A DNA stretch of 64,000 nucleotides from Mobula hypostoma (lineage: Eukaryota). Shown here piece by piece: positions 49,144-60,526 of the stretch. The stretch covers positions 8,868,001 to 8,932,000 of the forward strand of contig NC_086101.1 in the NCBI RefSeq assembly GCF_963921235.1, written 5' to 3'. The notes beneath the pieces were generated by a model. The model did no database searches, was not told where the DNA came from, and saw only the letters and a list, made by a program, of their open reading frames with translations. The number at the start of each line of letters is the position of its first letter. Positions within the stretch are counted from its first letter, which is position 1. Made by a program: the position numbers and the translations under genes.

Positions 49144-51135
49144 GAAACATAGAAACATAGAAAGCCTACAGCACAATACAGGCCCTTTGGTCCACAAAGC
49201 TGTGACGAACATGTCCTTACCTGAGAATTTACCTGGGGTTACCCAAAGCTCTCTATTTTTCTAAGATTCATGTACCTATCCTGGAGTCTCTTAAACGACC
49301 CTGTCATATCTGCCTCCACCACCGTCGCCGGCAACTCATTCCACGCACTCACTACACTCTGTGTTTAAAAAAAAACTTACTCTTGACATCTCCTCTGTAC
49401 CTACTTCCAAACACCTTAAAACTGTGCCCTCTCATGTTAGCCATTTCAGCCCTGGGAAAAAGCCTCTGACTATCCACATGATCAATAACTCTCATCATCT
49501 TATACACCTCTATCAGGTCACTTCCCGTCGTCCGTCGCTTCCAGGAAAAAAGGCCGAGTTCACTCAATCTGTTTTCATAAGGCATGCTTCCCAATCCAGG
49601 CAACATCCTTGTTAATATCCTTGGCATCCTTTCCATGGTTTCCACATCCTTCCTGTAGTGAGGCGACCGGAATTGAGCACAGTACTCTAAGTGGGGTCTG
49701 ACCAGGGTGCTATATAAGTGCAACATTATCTCTCGGCTCCTAAACTCATGACCTCGATTGTTGAAGGCCTATGCACTGCATGCCTTCTTAACCACAGAGT
49801 CAACCTACGTAGCTGCTTTGACTGTCCCATGGACTCGGACCCCAAGATCCCTCTGATCCTCCACACTGCCAAAGGTCCAAGAGTCATTAATACTATATTC
49901 TGCCATCATATTTGACCTGTCAGAATGAACCACCTCACAGTTATCTGGGTTGAACTCCATCTGCCACTTCTCAGCCGAGCTTTGCATCCTATCAATTTCC
50001 CGCTGTAACTTCTGACAGCCCTCCACACTATCCACAACAGCCCAACCTTTGTGTCATCAGCAAATTTACTAACCCATCCCTCCACTTCCTCAACAAGGTG
50101 ATTTATAAAAATCACGAAGAGTAGGGGACCCAGAACAGATCCTTGAGGCACACCACTGGTCCCCGACCTCCATGCAGAATATGACCCGTCTACAACTACA
50201 CTTTGCCTTCTGTGGGTAAGCCAATTCTGGATACACAAAACAATGTCCCCTTGGATCCCATGCCTCCTTACTTTCTTAGTAAGCCTTGCATGGGGTATCT
50301 TGTCAAATTCCTTGCTGAAATCCATATACTTCTTCCGTCATCAATGTGTTTAGTCACATCCCCCAAAATTCAATCAGGCTCATAAGGCACGACCTGCCTT
50401 TGACAAAGCCATGCTGACTATTCCTAATCACATTATGTCTCTCCAAATGTTCATAACTCCCATCTCTCAGGATCTTTTCCATCAACTTACCAACCACTGA
50501 ATTAAGACTCACTGGTTTATAATTACCTGGGCTATCTCTACTCGCTTTCTTGAATAAGGGAACAACATCCACAACCCTCCAATTCTCCATAAGCTCTCCC
50601 ATCCTCATTGATGTTGCAAAGATCATCGCCAGAGGCTCAGCAATCTCCTCCCTCGCTTCCCACAGTAGCCTGGGGTACATCTCGTCTGGTCCCGGTGACT
50701 TATCCAACTTGATACTTTCCAAAAGCTCCAGTGCATCCTCTTTCTTAATATCTACATTTTCAAGCTTTTCAGACCGCTGTAAACCATCCCTACAATTGCC
50801 AAGATCCTTTTTCATAGTGAATACCGAAGCCAGGTATTCACTAAGTACCTCTGCTATCTCCTGCGGTTCCACACATGCTTTTCCACTGTCACACTTGATT
50901 GATCCTATTCTCTCACATCTTATCCTCTTCGCAAATTTGTAGAATGCCTTGGGATTTTCCTTAATCCTGTCCTAATCCTATTTGTTTCCCTGAGAACATC
51001 TGTTTCCAGTTTATGCTTCCAAGTTCCTTCCTGATAGCCTCATATTTCCCCTTATTCCAATTAAACGCTTTCCTAACTTGCCTGTTCCTATCTCCCTCCA
51101 ATGCTATGGTAAAGGATATAGAATTGTGATCACAG
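49144..51135 (-). mobile_element. CR1 3' half (different subfamily)
   Basis: [30 protein letters not shown]; gaaacatagaaacatag tail. Confidence 0.9.
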
Positions 51136-53575
51136 GAGACAGAATTGTATGTATCCTGTGTCTTCCGAATTGCTTGTCTCCCTGCCAGTCTTCTTTTCCA
51201 ATCAATTCTGGCCAATTCCTCTCTCATGCCTCTGTAATTCCCTTTACTACACTGTCATCCTAATGTATCTGACTTTAGCTTCTCTGCAAATTTCAGGGTG
51301 AATTTGATCATATTATGATCACTTGTTCCTGAGTCTTATTTCTTAAGTTATCTATTTAAATCTAATCAACACCCAATCCAGAGTAGCAGATCCTCTTGTG
51401 GGGTCAACCATGAGCTGATCTAAAAAGCCATCCCAGTGGCACTCTCAAAGTTCTCCCTCCTGTAATCCAGCACCAGAATAATTTTCCCAATCTACCAATC
51501 TATCCCATGACCATGGTAATATTGCCCTTTTGGCATGTATTTTCTATCTCTCATTGTAATTTGCAAGCCAAGTCCCTACTAGTGTTTAGGGGTTTGTATA
51601 CAACTCATTTTTACCCCTGCAGTTCCTTAGCTCTATCCACAATGATTCAATACCTTCTGACCCTGTGTCACATCTTTCTCATGATTTGATTTTATTTTCT
51701 ACCAACAGAGAATGGCGCCCCATCTCGCATCCTGCCTGTCCTTTCGATACAATGTTTATCCTTGGACATTAAGCTCCTTGCTGTAACCTTTTAGCCATGA
51801 TTCAGTGATGCCTATAACATCATACCTGCAAATCTGCAACTGTGCTGCAAGTTCATCTACCGTATTCCGTATACTGCGTGCATTCAAATACAACACCTTC
51901 AGTCTTTTTCCAATTTTGTCCGCCTTTTACATTACAACTCATACTGTTGAATACAGTTTTGCCCTATCAACAGCCTCTCCTCACTACACATTGCCTTTGT
52001 TTGTAAACCAGCTGCCTCATCTTCAACACTATTATCCATTGAAATATACGCAGCTCAGGACACTAGTTACACCATGCTCAACCTTTTGATTTCTAACTTT
52101 GTCTGAGGTCTTATCTCCACAACCTCTCGACTAACTGTTCTGACACTCTGGTTCCCATCCCCCTGCAACTCCAGTTTAAACTCCACTGTGCAGCATTAAC
52201 AACCCTTCCCACCAGGATATTAGTCCCCTCCAGTTCAGGTGCAAACTGTCCCTTCTGTACAGGTCCCACCTTCCCTGGAAGGAGCCCAATGGTCCAAAAA
52301 TTTTATGCCCTCCCTCCTACACCAACTCCTTAGTCACATATTAAACCGTATAATCTTGCTTGTTCTGGCCTCACCAGCACGTGGCACAGAGAGCAATCCT
52401 GAGATCACAACCCTGGAGGTCCTGCCCTTTAACTCAGCACCTAACGCCTTGAACTCCCTTTGCAGAACCTCGTCACTCGCCATACCCATGTCTCTGGTAC
52501 CAATATGGACCACGGCTTCTGGCTGTTCACCCTCACACTTAAGAACGCTGAGGACTCAATCCGAGATATCCCAGACCCTGGCAACCAGGAGGCAACATCC
52601 CATCTGGGAATCTCGTTCTCGCCCACAGAGCCTCCTGTCCTTTTCCCCAACTAACAAATCCCCTGTCACCACAGCATCTCTCTTCTCCCCACTTCCCTTC
52701 TGAGTCACAGAGGCAGACTCAGTACCCGGGACCTGAGCAGTGAGACTTTCCTCTGTTAGGTCATCTCCCCCCAACACTCTGGACAGTATCCAAATTGATA
52801 TACCTGTTGTTGAGGGGGATGGCCACAGGGGTACTTTGCACTGTCTCCCTAAACCCAGTTTCCGTGTCCTGCACCTTGTTGTAATTACCTCCCTGTACGT
52901 CCTGTCTCTCATCCCTTCAGCCTCCCGAATGATCCGGAGTTCACCCAGTTCCAGCTACAACTCCTTAACGTGGTTTGTTAGAAGCTGCAGCTGGATGTAC
53001 ATCTCACAGTTGTAGTCCTCCAGGACACTGGAGGTCTCCCTGCCTTCCCACATCCCGCAAGAGGAGCATGTGACTACCGTCCTAGCTGAGCAGATAAAAA
53101 GAAGAGAAGGAAAAAAAAAAAGAGCTTTTCTTTCTTTTGTTTTCTCTTAACCACGTGGCCAAGTGGTTAGGGCAATTGACTAGTGATCTGAAGGTCGTGA
53201 GTTCGAGCCCCAGCCGAGGCAGCATGTTGTGTCTTTGAGCAAGGCACTTAACCACACAGTGCTCGACGACAACACTGGTGCCAAGCTGTATCGGCCCTTG
53301 TCCTTCCCTTGGACAACATCGGGAGACTTTCAGCAAAGGCAACTGCCGGTCTTCCATACAAGTGAAGACTTTCCAGGTGCAGATCCATGGTCTTGCAAGA
53401 CTAACAGATCCCTTTTATTTTCTCTGTGCGAAGCCTCGAAGAGCTGAAGCCTCAAGGTTACCACTCTGACGATGTCCACTCAGACGATGGCTGTTGTGTT
53501 TGCCCGTCTTCCTTTAATTTGTTCTTCCTAATCAATCCCAGATGCCAATTGGTCACTGATTGCCCTGCAGCTCCC
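51136..53575 (-). mobile_element. CR1 5' part: endonuclease remnants, ORF1 SGNH esterase and putative 5' UTR
   Basis: VVTGDLLVG..RLCGRERDSQM-CCL-ARVWDISD in ORF 52556-52912. Confidence 0.75.
53148..53411 (+). mobile_element. tRNA-derived SINE with CORE-like centre and RTE-like 3' end
   Basis: A box TGGCCAAGTGG 53156-66; B box GTTCGAGCC 53201-09; tgtgtctttgagcaaggcacttaacc; TSD cttttgttttctct / cttttattttctct. Confidence 0.85.
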
Positions 53576-54945
53576 TTAAAAAACTTTCCCCTCTCACCTT
53601 CCCTCTTTGCCCTTTGGTTTTGGACTCCCCGTTTATGGGAAAAAGACCATGAGCCTACACCTTACATCTGCCCCTTATGATTTTATATACCTCGAAATGG
53701 GGTCACCCCTCAACATCCATCGCTCCAGGGAAATAGCCCCAGCTTATCCAGTCTCTCCTTTTAACCCAAGCCCTCCAGCCATTGTTACAGCCTCCTGAAG
53801 CTTCCTGACCAGTGTAATGACATCTTCCCAAAGTCGGGGACCCAGAAATGCACACAATACTCCAAGTGTGGTCTATGATCAACATCAAAGGCCTTGGTGA
53901 AGTTCATGTGGACAATGTCTACCACCCTGTCCTGGTCAATCCTCTCTGTCACCTCTTCAACAAACTGGAATTTGTGAGACGTGATTTTCCATGCACAACG
54001 CCGTGCTGACTGTCCCTGATCTGTCCTTGTCTTTCCAAATGCAGCAGGCAGGACTTAGGGAGAATGTTTCCCCTGTCTGAGGAGTCGAGGGTCAGGGGTC
54101 ACTGTCTCAGGATGGGGTGGACCCTCACAGGATGGTCTATCTTTGGAATTCTCTGCTCCAGAGGCTGTGGGGTCTCAGTCATTCAGTTCATTTAAAGTCA
54201 CAGAGTCATCGTTGTACAGTATTGAAATGGGTCCTTCGGCCCGTCACCTCTGTTCTGACCTATTTAGGTCAGTCTCCTTCTGTGCCTTGTCTATTAAAGT
54301 GTCTGTCTGAGTGTCTCGTAAACACAGTGATTGTATCTGATTCCATCACCTCCTCTGGCAGCAAGTTCCAACATCAACCACTCACTGTTCAAATAAATTC
54401 ACCTTTAAACTCCTTCCTCCCTCCTCAGACATATGACCTCTTGTATTTGATCCCCCTCCTGTGGGAAGAAGATTTCAACCATCTGCTCAATCTACAACTT
54501 TATATGTTTCTGTCAGTTTACCTGCATTTTGCCTGTATCCTGCTAAACCTTCCTTGTCATTATTTCTCAACTCATCTTCTGTGCCAGTTTCTACCACATT
54601 ACAGAAGCAAATGTGCTGCAGGTCCTAAAATGCAGAAATGTAGATAAATCCCCAGGTCCTGATCAAGTGTATCCGAGGACATTGTGGGAAGTTCAGGAAG
54701 AAATTGTGGGGTCCTTTTGGAGATATGTGTGCCATCGATAGCTGTGGTGAGGGGCCAGAAGACTGAAGGGAGACTAATGTTGAACATTTATTGAAGATCG
54801 GCTGTAGGGAAAAGCCTGGGAAGTACAGACCAGTGAGCCTAACGTCGGTGGAGGGTACATTAATGGAGTGGATTGTGAGAGACAGCATCTACATTCATTT
54901 GGAAAGACAAGGACTAATCAGGGATACCCAGCTTGGTTTTCTGCA

Positions 54946-55468
54946 TGGACAGTACAGTAGCATAGTGGTTAGCACAACGCTTTACAGTACCAGTGACCCG
55001 GGTTCATGTCCCGTCACTGCCTGTATGGAGTTTGTACGTTCCCCATGACCACGTGGGTTTCTTCCAGGTGCTCCGGTTTCACAGTCCAAACCCGTACCGG
55101 TTGGCAGGTTAATTGGTCATTGTAACTTGTCCCATGGTCAGGATTGGATTAAATCAGGGGTTTCTGGGTGGTGGGGTCATTGTAACTTGTCCCATGGTCA
55201 GGCTCGGATTAAATCAGGGGTTGCTGGGTGGTGGGGGTCATTGTAACTTGTCCCATGGTCAGGCTCGGATTAAATCAGGGGCTGCTGGGTGGTGGGGTCA
55301 TTGTTACTTGTCCCATGGTCAGGCTCGGATTAAATCAGGGGTTGCCGGGTGGTGGGGGTCATTGTAACTTGTCCCATGGTCAGGCTCGGATTAAATCAGG
55401 GGTTTCTGGGTGGTGGGGGTCAAAGGGCCGGAAGGGTCTATTCCGTGCTGTATCTCAATAAATAAATT
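54946..55468 (+). mobile_element. V-SINE with internal 60-61 bp tandem amplification (5 copies, 55115-55421)
   Basis: tagcatagtggttagc A box, ggttca B box, tggagtttgtacgttcccc V motif; CR1-like tail gggccggaagggtct..aataaataaat. Confidence 0.85.
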
Positions 55469-55689
55469 ACAGCTGATGAAAGTGCAGTAGACATCGTCTC
55501 CATGGAGTTTAGCGAGGGATTTGACAAGGTAGCAGACAGTTAGATCACATGGGATACAGTACGACCTGGAATAGGATACAGAATTGTCTGGGTGGAGTCC
55601 TGTGACCAGTGGTTGTGCTGCAGGGATCGGTGCTGGGTCCACTGTTTTTCATCATTCCATATGACTTGGAGAGAATGTAGGTGACATGT

Positions 55690-56212
55690 TTAAAAACACA
55701 AACACAAGGAGATCTGCAGATGCTGGACATTCAAGCAACACACACAAAAAAATGCTGGTGAACGCAGCAGGCCAGGCAGCATCTATAGGAAGAGGTACAA
55801 TTGACATTTCGGGCTGGAAGCCTTCGTCAGGGCTAACTGAAAGAAGAGATAGTGAGAGATTTGATAGTGAGGGAGAGGGGGAGATCCAAAATGATAGGAG
55901 AAGACAGGAGGGGAGGGGTGAATCTTAGAGCTGGAAAGTTGATTGGCAAAAGGGATACTAGACTGGAGAAGGAAGATGATCATGGGACGGGAAGCCTGGG
56001 GAGAGAGAGAAGTGGGCAGGGGAGCCCGGATGGTGGAGAGCAGGCAAGGATTTATAGTGAGAGGGACAGAGGGAGAAAAGAGAGAGAGAGAAAAGGAGGG
56101 GAGAAGAAAAATGAATGAATGAATAAATAAATAAATAAGTGATGGGCTGTGAAGGGGAGGAGAGACATTAATGGAAGTTGGAGAAGTCAATATTCATGCC
56201 ATCAGGTTGGAC
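55690..56212 (-). mobile_element. PLE 3' end; hammerhead core retained but stem I disrupted (55799-55834)
   Basis: ccaacctgatggcatgaat coding end, UTR, agcc-CTGACGA..GAAA-tGTC-aatt, tail. Confidence 0.85.
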
Positions 56213-56609
56213 AGTGAAGAGGTTATTTATTTATTTAGATACAGTGTGAAACAGGCCGTCCCAGACCAATGACCTGCTCCACCCAGCAGCCCAACTATTT
56301 CAAACTAGCCTAATCACGGGGCAATGTACAATGACCATGTAACCTAAAAACCATTATGTCTTTGTACGAGCGTCACAGAGTGATAGAAACTAACAGCACA
56401 GGCCCTTCAGCCCACCTGGTCTGTACCAAAACATTTAAACTACCTGCTCCCATCGACCTGCACCGGGACCATTGTCCTTCAACTCCTACCATCCTTGTAC
56501 CTGTCCAAACTTCTCCTAAATGTTTAAATCGAGTTTGCATGTACCACTGTTACTGGCAGCTTGTTCCACACTCTCACAACCCTCTGAATGAAGCAGGTTT
56601 CCTTCAGTT

Positions 56610-56645
56610 AGTCCTGACGAAGGGTCTCGGCCTGAAACGTCGACT
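56610..56645 (+). ncRNA. Minimal hammerhead ribozyme in a ~105-bp PLE tail insertion (56600-56706), sense to the TRIM pre-mRNA
   Basis: agtc-CTGACGA-agggtctcggcct-GAAA-cGTC-gact; predicted cleavage after C56641. Confidence 0.82.
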
Positions 56646-57409
56646 GCGCCTCTTCCTATAGATGCTGCTTGGCCTGCTGCGTTCACCAGCAACTTTGATG
56701 TGTGTTCCTGTATTAAATACTTTGATTTTTGAAGGACAATGTGACAAAAGCTTCTTTTTACCCTATCTACCTCTAGCACTACTTTCAATGAATTATGAAC
56801 CTGTGTTCCCAGATCTGCTGTGGAACATAGTCCTCAGTGCCCGACCATTCACTGTGTAAGACCTACACTCGGGTCCTACCGAAGTGCAACAGCTCACAAT
56901 TGTCTGCATTAAATTCCAGCTGCCACTTTTCAGCCCATTAAACCAGCTGCTCCAGACCCCACTGCAAGTAAAGATGGTTCTCCCCGCTGTCCACTCCTCC
57001 CCAATCTGAGGAATGAATCGAGAGCACGAGGTAATGGGGAGAATGTACAAATTCCTTCCAGATGGTGTTGGAATTGATCTCTGAACTCCAGAATGCCCCA
57101 AGGTGGCATAGTATTGTGTTTTCCGCTACATAACCCTGTTGCTCATCGTTTATCCAAGATTACAACGAGATCTTGATTAATTGGGTCTCTGGCCCATTGG
57201 ATGGAAATTGATTTTAATTCAGAGATGAGGGTGTTGATTTTGGAAGGGAAACCAGGACAGGATTTATACAGGAATCGGTGGGGCCCTGGAGAGTGTTGTG
57301 TACAGAGAGACAAGGAGGTGATTGCCTTCATCAGTCAGAATACTGAGTACAGGAGCTGGGACATCACCTTATGAGTGTACAAGACATTAGGAAGGCCACA
57401 TTTGGAGCA

Positions 57410-57550
57410 GTATAAAACACATACACTGCTGGAGGAAATCAGCAGGTCAGGCAGCAGCTATGGATATGAATAAACAGTTGATGTTTTGGGTCAAGGTTTT
57501 GTGTGTGTTGCTTTGGATTTCCAGCATCTGCAGATTTTCTTGTCTTTATG
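57410..57550. mobile_element. Older two-tailed PLE mini-insertion in a CR1 remnant
   Basis: Minus tail (gctggaggaaatcagcaggtcaggcagc) joined to plus tail (tgtgtgttgctttggatttccagcatctgcaga); flanks atttggagca / atttggatca. Confidence 0.65.
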
Positions 57551-58108
57551 ATTTGGATCACACTGTCCAGTGCTGGTGATCTGTCCACAGGAAGAATGTC
57601 ATTAAACTGAGAGGGTATGAAACAGATTTACAAGGATGTTACTGGGACTGGATGGTTTCGGTTATAAGGAGAGGCTGGATATTCTGGGTCGTTTTCCTGG
57701 AGCTCAGGAGGCTGCCAAAGGAAATTGTAGAGGTGGATAAAGTTACAATGATTTAAAAGACATCTGGACGGGTACGTGGGTGGGAAAGGTTTAAAGGAAT
57801 AATGGGCAAATACAGGCAAGTGGAACTAGTTCATTAAAGTGAGTTGGTCAGCACGAATGAATTCTGCCTTACCTCCTCTTTAAATGCCTCCAGTGTTTAC
57901 TCACCCCGTCCTCATCTGGATCCAGTTGTTGCTCCACCACTTCCTCATACCCGTTTCCACTGCTATCTCCCTTCTTTCCGGGAAAGGTCCCTGTCGGCCA
58001 CCCGACTGAGCCTGAGGCCGAGCGGCCTCTCCCCCGGTCCCGGGACCGCGCTGCCCGAGTCTCCCCCCGATCCCCGGGGACTCTCTAATTCTCTGCTTCT
58101 CCCCCCAG

Positions 58109-58641
58109 TCTCTGTCACCCTGGATGTGGAAACGGCGCATCCGCGGCTCGAGGTGTCTCAGGATCGGAAGAGTGTGAGACGGACCGGGACCCAGTGGAAT
58201 CTCCCTGACACCGGGAAGAGGTTCACAGACCGGCCTTGTGTGCTGGGATCGGAGGGATTCACATCGGGGAGACATTACTGGGAGGTGGAGGTGACGGGGA
58301 GTCGGAGCTGGGGTTTGGGAGTCGCCGCAGAGTCTGTGGAGAGGAAGGGAGAGTTCACACTGAGACCGGAGACCGGATTCTGGATCATCGAACGGATTGA
58401 TGACGAGATGTGGGTTGACACCTCCCCTGCGTCCTGTCTCCCCGACGGTCCCATCCCCGGGAGGGTGGGAGTTTATCTCAGTTACGAGTCCGGGACAGTT
58501 TCATTTTACAACGCGGAGACCAAGTCCCATCTCCTCACCTTCACTGGGAATAAATTCACGGGGAAACTTTATCCTTTCTTCTGGCCATGGCAAAAAGACA
58601 AGTGGCTGAGAACTTGCTCCGATTCCGCTCCGGGTCTGTAA
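58109..58641 (+). CDS. TRIM coding exon 6: B30.2 (PRY-SPRY) domain; spliced CDS 1413 nt / 470 aa
   Basis: Acceptor ctctgcttctccccccag|TC completes G|TC (Val) from exon 5. VTLDVETAHPRL, GRHYWEVEV, WGLGVA, RVGVYLSYESGTVSFYN, LYPFF; TAA at 58639-58641. Confidence 0.93.
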
Positions 58642-58690
58642 ACGGGTCGGGTCCTGGGACTGGCGTCAGGAGTAAGTCAGTTGATCCTGA

Positions 58691-58696
58691 AATAAA
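58691..58696 (+). terminator. Candidate polyadenylation signal of the TRIM gene
   Basis: AATAAA 50 nt after the stop codon. Confidence 0.4.
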
Positions 58697-59569
58697 GGGA
58701 GGGAGGTGGGGAGGAGTGTGTGGGTGATGGGCAGATGGAGAGGGTGGGGAGGTGGGGAAGGAGATAGGGTGATGGAGCTGGTGAATCAGGAGGAGAGAGA
58801 CAATTACATAGTAAAAGTGACAGGGAACGACTACTAGAAGTTTGAGAATTCAGTGTTGATGTTGCCAGGTTGACGATCACCCTGACGGAACATGGGGAGC
58901 TGTTCCTATAATTTATGAGACAAATGGAGCCGGGATCTCTACGTTAAATCAGATATTCATTTTGGGACCCAGTTCACACTCAGGAAATGCAGGAGAAACA
59001 CAGCAGGTTGGTCAGGATCTGTGGAGAGATGAAAAGGCTTAATGTTCCACGTCGGTGACTCTCCCGGAATTGATTCAAACACTGCCTGCTCTGTTATGGG
59101 TTTCAAGTAATTTCTGTTTTGTTTTAGTTCTTCCAGCATCTGATTCAAGAAAAAAATGGGAGTGCAGTGTAATTTCCTCTGGAAGGGGGATATGGAAGAA
59201 GGAATGTGCTCGGAGAGGGGAGTGGACCATTAGAGAAATCGATGCTCAGGTTGGAACTACCCGGAGAGGTACGGTGAAGGTTAGAGAGACATGGACATGA
59301 TATTTTGGAGCCGGAAGTGTGGCAACACATGCAGGCTGATCCCAGCACAATCCTCGGGCAGACTGTGTTGGTCATTGACACAATGGAGAAATGTAAATGG
59401 TGATGTCCCCTGTGTGTATTTGTGTATGGTGGAGACAGAGAGAGAGTCTGAGATCTCAGGGAAGCACAAAACTCTTTCAGGGCTCAACAGACAGGATGCA
59501 GGGAGGACTTTTCCCCTGTCTGAGGAGTTGAGGGTCAGGAGTCACTGTCTCAGGATGGAGTGAACCCTC

Positions 59570-60525
59570 AGTGACTTCACACACTCTGGATATTTTCAGT
59601 GATTTCAAGTTCCCTGGCCCCAATCATCTTATTTTCACTATGGATGTCCAGTCCCTATGCACCTCCATCCACCAACAGGAAGGGCTCAGAGCTCTCTGTT
59701 TCTTTCTGGACACCCGTCCCAACCAGTTCCCTTCCACCACCACTCTCCTCCATCTAGCGAAACTTGCCCTCACTCTTAATAATTTCTGTAATTTCCACCA
59801 TCTCCAACGGGATCCCACCACCAAGCACATCTTTCCCTCTCCCCCACTTTCTGCTTTCAACAGGGATCACTCCCTACACGGCTCCCTTATCCATTTGTCC
59901 TTTCCCACTGAACTCCCTCCTAGCACTTCCAAGGGAGGCGACACTTCACCTGTGTGTCAGGTGGGGTCATAGACTGTGTTCGGTGCTCCTGGTGCGGCCT
60001 TTTGTACATCGGTGAGTTCTGACATAGATTGGGAGTCAGCTTCATCAAGCACCAGAGAAAACTGGATCCCAGTAGCCACCCATTTTAATTCCACTGCCTA
60101 TTCCCATATGTTCATCGAGGGCCTCCTCTACTGTCACAATGAGGCCACACTCAGTTAGAGGAGCAATATCTTATATTCCGCCTGGGTAGCATCCAACCTG
60201 ATGGCATGAACATCGATTTATCGAACTTCCAGTAATGACCACCCCTCCTTCACCATTCCCTGTGTCCTTTTCCCTCTATAACTTTATCTCCCTGCCAGCC
60301 CATCACCTCCCTCTGGTGCTCCTCCCACTTTTCTTCTATGGCCTTCTGTTCTCTCCTGTAGGACTCACCCTGCTCCAGTCCTGTATCTCTTTCACCCAAT
60401 TCCCAGCATCCGGTTTCACCTATCACCTCGTGTTTCTCTCCCCCCCCCCCCAACCTTTTGACTGTGATTCCTCATGTTTTTTTCTCCAGTCCTGCTGAAG
60501 AGCTTTGGCCTGAAACGTCACCTGT
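59570..60525 (+). mobile_element. Internally deleted old PLE; its tail resumes at ~61863-61930 after a CR1
   Basis: FTMDVQSLCTSI, LQRDPTTKHIFP; degenerate hammerhead at 60487-60524. Confidence 0.82.
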
Positions 60526-60526
60526 A

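Noticed and set aside
53151..53225. tRNA gene
   Set aside because: A/B boxes are present, but the sequence continues into a SINE body flanked by a TSD and has no convincing acceptor stem.
57844..58108. Stand-alone 265-aa SPRY ORF with Pro-rich N-terminus
   Set aside because: The upstream part is open intron sequence ending in a polypyrimidine tract and cag acceptor in phase with exon 5.
18091..58108. Additional TRIM micro-exon or second TRIM gene within the long intron
   Set aside because: None seen by eye, and exon 5 joins exon 6 in frame without one; a very small exon cannot be fully excluded.
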